This document shows positions 55,258-64,000 of a stretch of DNA of 64,000 nt, piece by piece. This stretch comes from a phage: assembly GCA_025677605.1 (NCBI GenBank), contig GCA_025677605.1_4110.1; one strand, given 5' to 3'. The position numbers and the translations under genes were made by a program. Position 1 is the stretch's first letter; each line of letters starts with the position of its first letter. Under the pieces are notes generated by a model that was given only the letters and a program-made list of their open reading frames with translations, had not been told where the DNA came from and did not search any database.

Positions 55258-55793
55258 GGTTCTTTCCTCATGTATTTTATTACATCTTTAAAAAGTTTTA
55301 TTTTCAAGTCATTATCATCACCTGGTAGATAAGAACTGAAGCTTTCAAAATCATCACGCTTAGCAAAAGAACGCATTTCAGTTGAACTGTACTTGCTAAC
55401 GGTTCGGTCTATACCAGCTTGGATTGCTTTTATATTACGAAAATTATACAAGTTTCCATTGTATCTGTCAAGTACATTTTGAAAGTTTTCTATCCTGTCT
55501 GAACCACATATGAAAAGAACATCACTGTACTTACCATTCAATTCCTGCATAATATCAAAAAGATTATCTTCAGTACTGATGTTGTGTTGAATTCTTGGAT
55601 AGAAACCCTCAGTGTAATACATTTTCAATTCAGGTGGTAATGGATTCTTAATACAATCTTGTGTAGTACTAAGGTATATTTTTAAATCAGCATTGTATTG
55701 TTCTTTCATCGATACGGCTTTATCAAAAATTAACCCATGTCCCAAATGCACTGGATTTATACGTCCATACGTTACTATACAAGTGTCTTTCAT
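55254..55793 (-). CDS. HxGH-family nucleotidyltransferase, NMNAT-like (PPAT-like not excluded)
   Basis: TYGRINPVHLGH (T/HxGH motif) and C-terminal SKYSSTEMR (ISSTxxR-type motif). Confidence 0.6.
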   Translation of the reverse strand: MKDTCIVTYGRINPVHLGHGLIFDKAVSMKEQYNADLKIYLSTTQDCIKNPLPPELKMYYTEGFYPRIQHNISTEDNLFDIMQELNGKYSDVLFICGSDRIENFQNVLDRYNGNLYNFRNIKAIQAGIDRTVSKYSSTEMRSFAKRDDFESFSSYLPGDDNDLKIKLFKDVIKYMRKEP

Positions 55794-56311
55794 ATATTCT
55801 TCATCACCTGACCGATAGATTTAAGATGGTTGATTTTAGCTGGTGTTAAGTACTTATCCAGTACTATTAAACAGCTAGGGAATGGAGCACTATCAGTCTT
55901 TTTATCTGGTTCTTCAGGGATGCCAAATTTTAAACGTCCTTTAATAAAACAAATACAGTCACAAAGCTTAGATGCATATTCCTGAAATGCAATTGTATCA
56001 GTACGTGATGGAACAAGTATCAGTACTGTTGCACCATTATTATAAGCATCAACTGCCTTAGATAGCCAAGGTTTCAGGTCGCTGTATGGTGGGTTAAGAA
56101 AGACGATATTGTTTCCCCAATCCTGTGAAAGACTATCATCTTCCGGTGTAAAAAACTTGTCACATAATGCAGTTTCTTTAACACATGCTGCATCAAGTGT
56201 GAATCCCCAGACTTCATCCAAATCTTCAAAGAATTCCTTTGGAGTAGTCCAGTTATCTTTTCCAGTACTGAAGTGTACCGAATGTTTTTTCGAAGCATCC
56301 TTCTTCGACAT
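55790..56311 (-). CDS. DNA N6-adenine methyltransferase (small phage Dam-like family)
   Basis: 173 aa with catalytic NPPY motif (VFLNPPYS) and upstream FTLDAAC segment. Confidence 0.65.
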   Translation of the reverse strand: MSKKDASKKHSVHFSTGKDNWTTPKEFFEDLDEVWGFTLDAACVKETALCDKFFTPEDDSLSQDWGNNIVFLNPPYSDLKPWLSKAVDAYNNGATVLILVPSRTDTIAFQEYASKLCDCICFIKGRLKFGIPEEPDKKTDSAPFPSCLIVLDKYLTPAKINHLKSIGQVMKNI

Positions 56312-56327
56312 AATACTTTCTCCATTA

Positions 56328-56942
56328 TTAAATTTTACTTATTGTTTCTGTTATCAAACCATTATCTAAATCATATTGTAAAATATCTATTCTACGCTTT
56401 ATTCCATTAATAACTCTTAAATCGACAACAGAACTGTATTTTTCTATGATTTCATATAGATATTTTATTTTCTCCCTTTGCCATACTTGATGAGCTTCTT
56501 CAGGTGTGTGAAATAACCCAAAGTTTCGTATTTGTTTTCCAAATTTACATATTGCAGGTCTATATTTTTTGGAACACCTATCATCATTGAAATACGACAC
56601 ACCAATATAATTATTACCTCTATTTCCGTCAATTATACAACTGTTAATTAAACCAGGTATAAAGGCACACGTTTCAGGTGAGTAAATATCTTTATCTCCC
56701 CCAATTATATCTTTATCTAATTGATATCCCTCAATATAGTGAAGTTTAAACCATTTTTTGAAATTGGAATAATATTTCCATTCATCACAAACTGTTGTGT
56801 TTATGTATGATAAATTCTTATCAGTTCTTTTAAGACTATAGCAACGCCTAATTATTCCAGTCCATTTATCATATATATGATAATCCAAACTTGATGGTAT
56901 GGAGTCGCCAGGAATGTCATTAATACCAAAATTATATATCAC
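56328..56942 (-). CDS. hypothetical Cys-rich protein
   Basis: 204 aa ORF. Confidence 0.5.
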   Translation of the reverse strand: MIYNFGINDIPGDSIPSSLDYHIYDKWTGIIRRCYSLKRTDKNLSYINTTVCDEWKYYSNFKKWFKLHYIEGYQLDKDIIGGDKDIYSPETCAFIPGLINSCIIDGNRGNNYIGVSYFNDDRCSKKYRPAICKFGKQIRNFGLFHTPEEAHQVWQREKIKYLYEIIEKYSSVVDLRVINGIKRRIDILQYDLDNGLITETISKI

Positions 56943-56956
56943 TGATTTTCCTTTAA

Positions 56957-57499
56957 TTATAGACAGTTCTGTAAGATATTATCGAACAGTTTACTGTCCA
57001 GGTTGTACTCATATAAAAATTTAAATCTAGAACCGTACTTCATCATTATATTGAATGCTTCATCTTCTGCTAATACATAGAAGTTGAAGTCATCTACTGT
57101 ACCATTGAACCCAATAAAATCCATAATTTCAATAGTAACATCATGTCCTTGATGGAAGTACTTCACTGACAAAGGAAGTCCAAGAACACTATATTGTCTG
57201 GATTCCCCTTCTAATTTCCCATCTACAACATGGAATTTCCTTGATACTGTATTAGAATTATATCGCTCTTCTCCGTAATGTCCATAGCGAACAGAAAAAA
57301 TTACTGGGTTTTTTGTAGGTCTACAAGTGATTTTTGCTAGTTCTACACCTCCCATGTACTCAACAATATGATTGATAGTTCCTTTTTCTTTTACTATTTT
57401 ATATCCATCAAATGAATCTCTATCAAATTCTTCTAGTACTTCAAATTCTTTTGATTTATAAATGATCTCTGTTGTTTTGTTCTTTGAAAATACAGGCAT
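56957..57499 (-). CDS. hypothetical protein
   Basis: 180 aa ORF. Confidence 0.5.
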   Translation of the reverse strand: MPVFSKNKTTEIIYKSKEFEVLEEFDRDSFDGYKIVKEKGTINHIVEYMGGVELAKITCRPTKNPVIFSVRYGHYGEERYNSNTVSRKFHVVDGKLEGESRQYSVLGLPLSVKYFHQGHDVTIEIMDFIGFNGTVDDFNFYVLAEDEAFNIMMKYGSRFKFLYEYNLDSKLFDNILQNCL

Positions 57500-58192
57500 T
57501 ATTATTCCTTTTTAGGAAACATCAAATAATGTACTCGATGTTGATTTCGTTTGCACTCAATCAACATCAGTAGAATTAATTCATCGCTACGCTCTGAATA
57601 ATTCTAATAGTACTAAATGGTTTTAATTAATATTGACGAGGTTTGGAAGAGCATATTTCATCCCCCCACTGGGGGAAAGAATTAAAATTTGACGCTGGTG
57701 GTCTTCACATATTTCATATCACGAATTCTCTTAACGAGGCGAAAGCGGGTTGCTCTGTTTCTCTCTATCGCGGTTCTTGTAGCAACGGTCGTCGGTCTTA
57801 AACATCCCGACACATAATACGAGTACCATATGAACAGTACTGGTATTTGATTTCACCAAATTTTGGACGCAACTATCTTGTACAAATAGTTGACCGCAAT
57901 TTCTAATGAAATCTCCCTTAGCAAATCTGGTAAGGTGCGATCCTTATATGTCTATCTAGGAACTCTCTGTGTGCTTATCGGAGTTCTTTATACAGCCGCA
58001 TTGCCGTGAGGGGTTCATAATATGCCCACATCTGACGGGTTTCATCTGCTGTTCGTACTGAAAGGACTACTCATCTACCCTCTACATTTTCGAGTGGATT
58101 AGGCTCTTAATCATTTCCATATGGAACCTTTCAGGATTAAAAAAAAAGAGTGACAAAGATATATTGCCACTCATCATTATATCACCAAGAAT
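57500..58192. other. ORF-free, GC-richer intergenic region; candidate structured non-coding RNA or decayed element
   Basis: no ORF of 60 aa or more in any frame; visibly more G+C than flanking DNA; G/C hairpin cccccc-act-ggggg at about 57662-57675. Confidence 0.4.
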
Positions 58193-59032
58193 TTATTTGT
58201 CCTGGGTATTTTCAGTAAATTTCTTCCACAGTAGTAATGTATTTTGACGAATTATTTCAATATGTCTTGAACTAAATTGTCTTTCATTATCGTCCCATAG
58301 TGCATCTGAATTCAAAAATGCCAGAAATACAAATGCAACATCTTCTCGTGGGACATTGAATACTGTATTGTTCGTACATACACGATCCATTGGTACAGGC
58401 ATACCACCAGTACGATCACTGTACTGTAAGTCACGTGCCACCAGATTTACATCTTTGACGAATTTATGATTGATATAAGGCTTCAGAACGTTAAGGAAGT
58501 CATTATATCCATTATTGTGGTCAATTTCAAACATTACATGTTCAGTATTGTCCGCGTCTTCACAGTCGTTATTATTGCTATTTTTGAAATCAAAAAACCT
58601 TTCACTCATTCTACTGGAGTTTGAAGATGAACAATTACGTATACCACCAGAACGGCGTTTAATATTTTCTAAATCTTCATCAGTACTGGAATAATAAGTA
58701 AGATCATATGAATCATTACCAATCATAATACGCTTAGTATAATGGTTATAAACTATAAAGTCATAATCTTTAATACCAAGTAACATGAACTGGAATACTA
58801 ATTCATCCGGTACATCAACGAGTGCATGTTCAAAGTCTTCATATCTGGAACGGAATACAACATCCTTAAATCCACGGTAGATAATAAAATTACCAAAGTC
58901 GAAATAATTTTCATGCATATGGACATTTTCATTTCTGATGTATTCAGACGAAGCTGGTGCAACACGGTCATCTTCTGATGCGTAATGATCGGTTTCTTTA
59001 ACATTAAAGTTGATAATAAAATTTAATTTCAT
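58193..59032 (-). CDS. hypothetical protein
   Basis: 279 aa ORF. Confidence 0.5.
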   Translation of the reverse strand: MKLNFIINFNVKETDHYASEDDRVAPASSEYIRNENVHMHENYFDFGNFIIYRGFKDVVFRSRYEDFEHALVDVPDELVFQFMLLGIKDYDFIVYNHYTKRIMIGNDSYDLTYYSSTDEDLENIKRRSGGIRNCSSSNSSRMSERFFDFKNSNNNDCEDADNTEHVMFEIDHNNGYNDFLNVLKPYINHKFVKDVNLVARDLQYSDRTGGMPVPMDRVCTNNTVFNVPREDVAFVFLAFLNSDALWDDNERQFSSRHIEIIRQNTLLLWKKFTENTQDK

Positions 59033-59046
59033 AGTGCCTCATAGAC

Positions 59047-59078
59047 AAAAAGGCCGAGAATATTCCCGACCTTTTTTT
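59047..59078. terminator. imperfect hairpin flanked by A-run and T-run
   Basis: ggccgagaat/attcccgacc stem with two mismatches, A4 upstream and T7 downstream. Confidence 0.4.
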
Positions 59079-59086
59079 ATTATGTA

Positions 59087-59395
59087 TTAGTTTGAGGTTC
59101 CCCAGCAGTAGACTGGTTTCAAATTCTCAAGAGGATTAACTTCAGGTTTCAGTACTGTAACGCGAACTTCATAAGTACTTCCATCTGCACGAGTCATTGT
59201 TTCATAATGAATACTTTCAATGAACGTTTCATATTCTTCTTGTGAACGAGCACGAACTGCTGAAGAGTATTTCTTCTTAGTATCCGATTTTAAGGTAACA
59301 CTTACGAGTTCTGCTTCTTCGCCATTTTCAAGCTTGTTGAAATCAAACTCTGGTACACCTTCAAACATATCAAATTTCATTCCGTTGTCTTCCAT
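59087..59395 (-). CDS. hypothetical protein
   Basis: 102 aa ORF. Confidence 0.5.
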   Translation of the reverse strand: MEDNGMKFDMFEGVPEFDFNKLENGEEAELVSVTLKSDTKKKYSSAVRARSQEEYETFIESIHYETMTRADGSTYEVRVTVLKPEVNPLENLKPVYCWGTSN

Positions 59396-59448
59396 TTTAA
59401 ATTCCTTTTATATAATGTTTAATTAGTTTGTTTTAATAATCGGAGATA

Positions 59449-59835
59449 TTACAGTACTTCGTATTGTAGTGTTCCGTGACGGAACTTCTCTAGTTGTGAT
59501 AGTACTTCTTTACGTTCAACAATCTCTGGTACTTCTTCTTGAAGTTGATTACACACTTCAACAATGAAATCCCAATCTGAATCACAATTCTGACGAACAG
59601 CTTCAATTGTTTTCCAGTCAGTACTGATTTCACCTTCGTCATTGCGATAGTTAGGCCATGCACGACCGTAGTCACCTACTGTTTTATCATTCAAAACACG
59701 AATTGCATTGAAAATCTGACCAGTACCAAAGAATTTAGTTTGTTTCATATCTTCTAAACAACATAGTTTTGGTTCACCTTGTACCTCGATGAGAAGTACA
59801 CCACCAATTGCTTTTAGAATAGAACTTGTATTCAT
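59449..59835 (-). CDS. hypothetical protein
   Basis: 128 aa ORF. Confidence 0.5.
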   Translation of the reverse strand: MNTSSILKAIGGVLLIEVQGEPKLCCLEDMKQTKFFGTGQIFNAIRVLNDKTVGDYGRAWPNYRNDEGEISTDWKTIEAVRQNCDSDWDFIVEVCNQLQEEVPEIVERKEVLSQLEKFRHGTLQYEVL

Positions 59836-59901
59836 CTTTATCTCCGTTTATCAAAAAGATGCGAACATTATATCATTGAATTGTCATATGTCCAGATGAT
59901 T

Positions 59902-60204
59902 TTAGACAATATTTTCAATCCAATTTTCAAAGTCTTGAATTGCAAGGATGAACATATTCTCGTCTTGGAAGTCGAGGATGTGCTCGCTATATAGATAACT
60001 GATGTACTTACTGTCCTCTGTCTTTGTATTGTGCTTACAGTTCATGATAAGCATTTCAACAGCACGCTCATATGAACATGGATTCAAATACAATTTAGTA
60101 CCATCAGGGTGAACAACCTCTACTGCTCCTTCAGGAATAAAACGTTTCCCAGTATTAGGAGTATATGGTTGTGTCAAGAATTTAATTTCAAATTTAGTAT
60201 CCAT
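59902..60204 (-). CDS. hypothetical protein
   Basis: 100 aa ORF. Confidence 0.5.
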   Translation of the reverse strand: MDTKFEIKFLTQPYTPNTGKRFIPEGAVEVVHPDGTKLYLNPCSYERAVEMLIMNCKHNTKTEDSKYISYLYSEHILDFQDENMFILAIQDFENWIENIV

Positions 60205-60224
60205 ACTAAATCTATCTCCATGTA

Positions 60225-61061
60225 TTAACTTACTCTTTCAATATTTTCGAGAATAGTATTAACTATACTCATCTTACCACCTAACTGTTGGTAAGTTTTC
60301 AACTTATTAACTATGCCTTTACGTAAGATATCAAGAATCTCGTACTGCTTAGGGTTCAGTACTAACTCTGCTTGAAATGCTGCCAGCGGATCAAAAATAC
60401 CAAGTAATGATGCATCAGGTACATCCAGTTCTAATGTAAACGAATGTCGGTATCCAGAGGTTATAGTGGCGATTGTTTTATCACCTGTACGAGTGATATC
60501 CAAATCACACATCACTGGACGCCCATCTTCGGTGTTATATCTGAAAAAAGCAACACTACGCATAATAATCCCGTCTGATGACAAACGTTCTTGGAGTGTG
60601 ATGTTGCTTTCTTCTGTACCTTGTGTTAGACGGAAAGTTGTTTCAAATGATCGTACATTATTTTCGACAGTATATTTTGCAAATCTATCAGTACTACGAA
60701 CTGAAACTATACCACTGGCATTAATTCTACGATTAAAAACTATATCATTAATCGTGGTATCTCGGTAACGAATTGTATCTTCTGACTTGTAATAATGGAC
60801 TGATGGTGTGTTGAATATTTCAGACTTAAGATCTGAATCATATTCGTATGATAGTGAAGTTTCATAAGTCTCATTATTACGAATATTAATATCTAGTGTC
60901 GAAGGACGGATATTGTTTTTTACAGAAACAGTATGTCCTGTAATGTTATAAACATCATAAGATTCTCCATTTGCTGTTTTTACTGCACCAAATGTTTCAG
61001 GATTCTCAGATAGAATCTTGATATGATCAAGTACTGAATACTCTTTGAAGTTTAAGAACAT
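60225..61061 (-). CDS. hypothetical protein
   Basis: 278 aa ORF. Confidence 0.5.
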   Translation of the reverse strand: MFLNFKEYSVLDHIKILSENPETFGAVKTANGESYDVYNITGHTVSVKNNIRPSTLDINIRNNETYETSLSYEYDSDLKSEIFNTPSVHYYKSEDTIRYRDTTINDIVFNRRINASGIVSVRSTDRFAKYTVENNVRSFETTFRLTQGTEESNITLQERLSSDGIIMRSVAFFRYNTEDGRPVMCDLDITRTGDKTIATITSGYRHSFTLELDVPDASLLGIFDPLAAFQAELVLNPKQYEILDILRKGIVNKLKTYQQLGGKMSIVNTILENIERVS

Positions 61062-61069
61062 TTACATTT

Positions 61070-61106
61070 CCTCGGACAAAAAATTAGTCGAGATAAAATC
61101 TCGACT
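61070..61106 (-). terminator. rho-independent terminator
   Basis: 9-bp stem agtcgagat/atctcgact with loop aaa followed on minus strand by U-rich run. Confidence 0.5.
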
Positions 61107-61221
61107 GGTGTTTAATTTTTCCATTTTTTGCAGCTTTCTTGCGGTCCACGTGCACTTGAGCCTTATTAAACTCATTACAGTGCTTTGCAACAAAGTTGTT
61201 TACTTTAGATTTCTTAGCCAT
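61084..61221 (-). CDS. small basic protein (45 aa, below ORF-track cutoff)
   Basis: ATG 61221 with GGAG RBS; translation MAKKSKVNNFVAKHCNEFNKAQVHVDRKKAAKNGKIKHQSRFYLD. Confidence 0.4.
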   Translation of the reverse strand: MAKKSKVNNFVAKHCNEFNKAQVHVDRKKAAKNGKIKHQSRFYLD

Positions 61222-61223
61222 AA

Positions 61224-61697
61224 TTACTCCAGGTCTGGATCTTTCACTGTAAGGCTCTCGATATCACTTGCATATAGAACTACGTTGACTTGCTTCTCAG
61301 ATACTTTAAAGTCATGATAACTATCTTTGATTATGAAGTTGTCAAGTAGAAAACCCTTGGTAACGCACATCATAATTTTATCGTCTTTAATAGTATATGT
61401 ATTTTTCTTCTTATGCACTTCACTCTGTGGTGTGATAGAAGGATCATTACGAACAACACAATCAATATATTCTTCATTCGTATTCATTGGTATACCCATT
61501 ATAAATGAGTTTTCAGTACTGATAGTTAGTATAAAAATATTAGTACGTGGGCAATGGAAATGTTCATACATTGACTTGCTGCACAAGAAAAGGCATTGGA
61601 TAATGTCTCTTACGTTAAACATTATATCATGCACTTTGAAAGCGTCCAACTCTAAAATGTCATCAATCTTTCCGTTTTCAACAGTTTTAATCTCCAT
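61224..61697 (-). CDS. hypothetical protein
   Basis: 157 aa ORF. Confidence 0.5.
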   Translation of the reverse strand: MEIKTVENGKIDDILELDAFKVHDIMFNVRDIIQCLFLCSKSMYEHFHCPRTNIFILTISTENSFIMGIPMNTNEEYIDCVVRNDPSITPQSEVHKKKNTYTIKDDKIMMCVTKGFLLDNFIIKDSYHDFKVSEKQVNVVLYASDIESLTVKDPDLE

Positions 61698-61737
61698 GAT
61701 CTATCCTTGATCGTCATCGCACATCCATGTGCTGGTG

Positions 61738-62238
61738 TTACGACACAGCGTTTTCGTAATATTCTATTGCTTCCGAGATATTTTGAATTGCCTGTGCCTT
61801 TAATGATTTGTTATAGCGACCAGTAAATGAACCTAAATTCTTAATGAGATCAAGAAATAATGGAAGTACTTCAGATGTATCAGTAAAATCACACTGATAT
61901 AAAGTTCCCATCTGGAACAATTCACCGCCGTCTACGCACAACGTGTTAAAGTCTTTTTGTACTCCCTTTTCTTCATTGAAAATGAAATACGAAGTCCCCA
62001 TGTGGTGAAGATAAACACCATGTTCATCCTGAACGTGGCAGGGGGTAATACACATCGCCGTATTGTCAATATTATTTACTATCGTCAAACGGAGGCTATG
62101 TAATCCGAAAACTACAGTACTATTGAGTGTACTGCATTGTAAATGGTCATTGGTGATAGTAACTTTACTTGTCCTTTTGTCATCGAATGAACGCATAATC
62201 AAAGAAATGCAAAGTTTCATATCAGTTGTTAGTTTCAT
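61738..62238 (-). CDS. hypothetical protein
   Basis: 166 aa ORF. Confidence 0.5.
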   Translation of the reverse strand: MKLTTDMKLCISLIMRSFDDKRTSKVTITNDHLQCSTLNSTVVFGLHSLRLTIVNNIDNTAMCITPCHVQDEHGVYLHHMGTSYFIFNEEKGVQKDFNTLCVDGGELFQMGTLYQCDFTDTSEVLPLFLDLIKNLGSFTGRYNKSLKAQAIQNISEAIEYYENAVS

Positions 62239-62680
62239 CTAAAATACCCTTAATATGTTTGATTAAATTGACTAGTACTGATTTATCAAATGGATTATTT
62301 AGACCAATACACTCGTACTGGAATAAGTCACCATCAAGAATAACATCTAAATCAATATCTAACTTCTTATTGTTGGTATCAAACATAGTAACATTATCAG
62401 AAGAAACTGTCAACACTTTTTGTGAATTTTTAATCTTATTACTGATATAAACATCAATAAGTAATTTACTGTTCACTGTAACCGTTTCAAAGATGATTTG
62501 ACTAGTACCGTAAATGTATTTTACTGAATTATGTATTCGTGAATATTTTAATTTGTATAAATTAATACCATTGTACTTACATTTGGTATCAATTTTTAAT
62601 TTGCATGATAAGATAGCATTAACTAATTCATTTATATTAGTTAATCTTGTTTCGGCTATCGATAAAGTTGGTAAATTCAT
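62222..62680 (-). CDS. hypothetical protein
   Basis: 152 aa ORF. Confidence 0.5.
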   Translation of the reverse strand: MNLPTLSIAETRLTNINELVNAILSCKLKIDTKCKYNGINLYKLKYSRIHNSVKYIYGTSQIIFETVTVNSKLLIDVYISNKIKNSQKVLTVSSDNVTMFDTNNKKLDIDLDVILDGDLFQYECIGLNNPFDKSVLVNLIKHIKGILDETNN

Positions 62681-63101
62681 TATGTAATACCTTTAGGCAT
62701 TGTAATGTTTCTGACATGATATTTGAATCGAACTCAATACTATCAAATTTGATAAATGTACTTTGTGTGAAGAAGGTAGATTCCACATCGGTTGAATAAA
62801 ATGATTCATCAAAGAGATTAGTACTGAACATACCAGTTTTCTTTTTAAAGAACATCATGAATTTTGAATTATAACGAATGACGGCTTCATCTTTATTGAT
62901 GATGATACGAGAAATCTGTGTTCTCGTTTGTGTGAGAATATTGATTTGGAAAACATTTTTCTTAACTTCAACAATATCAACCATATAACCATCCCCACTA
63001 TAAAAGTTACTTCTAACTTGGATTGGCTTTGATGTGATATTGATAATTGCGTCTTGAATAAAAAAGTTTACCGTATCAATGTTTCCTAAAATGTCTAACA
63101 T
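62637..63101 (-). CDS. hypothetical protein
   Basis: 154 aa ORF; start may be internal because of 44-nt overlap. Confidence 0.45.
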   Translation of the reverse strand: MLDILGNIDTVNFFIQDAIINITSKPIQVRSNFYSGDGYMVDIVEVKKNVFQINILTQTRTQISRIIINKDEAVIRYNSKFMMFFKKKTGMFSTNLFDESFYSTDVESTFFTQSTFIKFDSIEFDSNIMSETLQCLKVLHNEFTNFIDSRNKIN

Positions 63102-63619
63102 AAATTCTCCTTAATAGCTGTCATATTTACGAGAAATTCTTCAAGTACTTCCTCTGTAATACGCTCTGTATACCAGAATATCACAATATCTTTTGAAAGA
63201 CGAACATTCATAAAAATATCTACTAACTCTCTGTAGTACTCTAGAGTTTCTATATCTTTTAGAATTAGTGAGTACTGAAACATAGATTCTTCAGTTAACT
63301 TAAATTCTGGATATAGTAATTCGTTAAATTCAATTGATTCAATCTGTACTTTTATTCCTTTGAAGTTATTGGTTATACAACCTGAATAATTATTTCGGTA
63401 CAACGCGGCATAATCCATGAATTTTGCTTTGTGATTAAAATCAAGAACAGTTTCACCTTTATATGACAATCGGTGGAACGCCGAGAACCTTGTAATTTCC
63501 CACGGTTGCTTAATATCTAGTTCTGTAATATCAATTTGATTGTGCATAAGATCTGTGAAAATCTCACCAATCTTCAATAGTAACTTAGTACGTACCAGTA
63601 CTGTCATTGAATCAGTCAT
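63095..63619 (-). CDS. hypothetical protein
   Basis: 174 aa ORF. Confidence 0.5.
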   Translation of the reverse strand: MTDSMTVLVRTKLLLKIGEIFTDLMHNQIDITELDIKQPWEITRFSAFHRLSYKGETVLDFNHKAKFMDYAALYRNNYSGCITNNFKGIKVQIESIEFNELLYPEFKLTEESMFQYSLILKDIETLEYYRELVDIFMNVRLSKDIVIFWYTERITEEVLEEFLVNMTAIKENLC

Positions 63620-63966
63620 TATACACCTTCATATTCATCAAGAAAATCTTCGATAATCATTTCAGCTTCATCCATATGCATAGCATCAACTTCAACAATA
63701 CGAACTTTAGATGTATCCCAAATCATATAACTAGGAACATTGTCCGGCTCGTATTCATTTTTGTACTGAACTGCATCGTAACCTTCAGTATCACAATACT
63801 CAATAAGTGATCGCCATTCGTCATCACTACCCATATCCTCACACAGAAGCACGTTATCAACGTCAACTTCTAAGGTATGCAAGTACACCGTGTCAGCATC
63901 AACAACGTTCAGTGGGCTTCTCAGCTTGCGTAACGCAGCCTCAAGAGCACTATGCTTCCCTCCCAT
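63619..63966 (-). CDS. acidic hypothetical protein
   Basis: 115 aa, Asp/Glu-rich. Confidence 0.5.
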   Translation of the reverse strand: MGGKHSALEAALRKLRSPLNVVDADTVYLHTLEVDVDNVLLCEDMGSDDEWRSLIEYCDTEGYDAVQYKNEYEPDNVPSYMIWDTSKVRIVEVDAMHMDEAEMIIEDFLDEYEGV

Positions 63967-64000
63967 ATGTAAACCACCATAAGGAATGTAGAAGTTGTCA

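Noticed and set aside
56328-56942. Homing endonuclease
   Set aside because: Cys-rich 204-aa protein next to the methyltransferase, but no GIY-YIG, HNH or LAGLIDADG motif could be seen in the translation.
57500-58192. tRNA gene or group I intron in the ORF-free region
   Set aside because: No T-loop GTTCRA-type motif on either strand. An S-like element (AGAUGAGUAGUCC on the minus strand) has no partnering R/P7 GACUA strand at the expected distance, and the flanking ORFs do not look like split exons. Kept only as an unexplained non-coding region.
1-64000. CRISPR arrays, integrases, transposases or prophage att sites
   Set aside because: No short direct-repeat/spacer arrays and no recombinase-like ORFs were seen; the window looks like a lytic T4-like phage genome throughout.

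Overview
This window reads as an AT-rich segment of a large T4-like (Tevenvirinae-related) myovirus genome: densely packed genes, almost all on the minus strand, many with overlapping stop/start codons. Recognisable T4-type functions include three tail-fibre genes behind a TATAAATA late-promoter motif, NrdD/NrdG anaerobic ribonucleotide reductase with a separate GrcA/Y06I-like glycyl-radical protein, dCMP deaminase, DNA ligase, polynucleotide kinase/phosphatase, RNA ligase 1 and a spanin pair. Between these lie accessory genes: an overlapping Nudix-Sir2 pair, an HslV/proteasome-like hydrolase, two ClpP-type proteases, a PIN-PhoH ATPase, an NMNAT/PPAT-type nucleotidyltransferase, a Dam-like methyltransferase and an ACP-like protein. 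Three things stand out as not explained by ordinary annotation: (1) the palindrome AGTACT, often as CAGTACTG, looks about ten-fold over-represented across the whole window; (2) the only plus-strand block (28.0-31.5 kb) is a self-contained island of three paralogues, one carrying seven tandem Big_2 Ig-like repeats; (3) a roughly 690-bp GC-richer region with no ORF (57.5-58.2 kb). There is also a large family of ~90-aa paralogues, partly in tandem. All calls rest on reading the translations and the DNA by eye; no searches were run, and many start codons are uncertain because the ORF track uses alternative starts.
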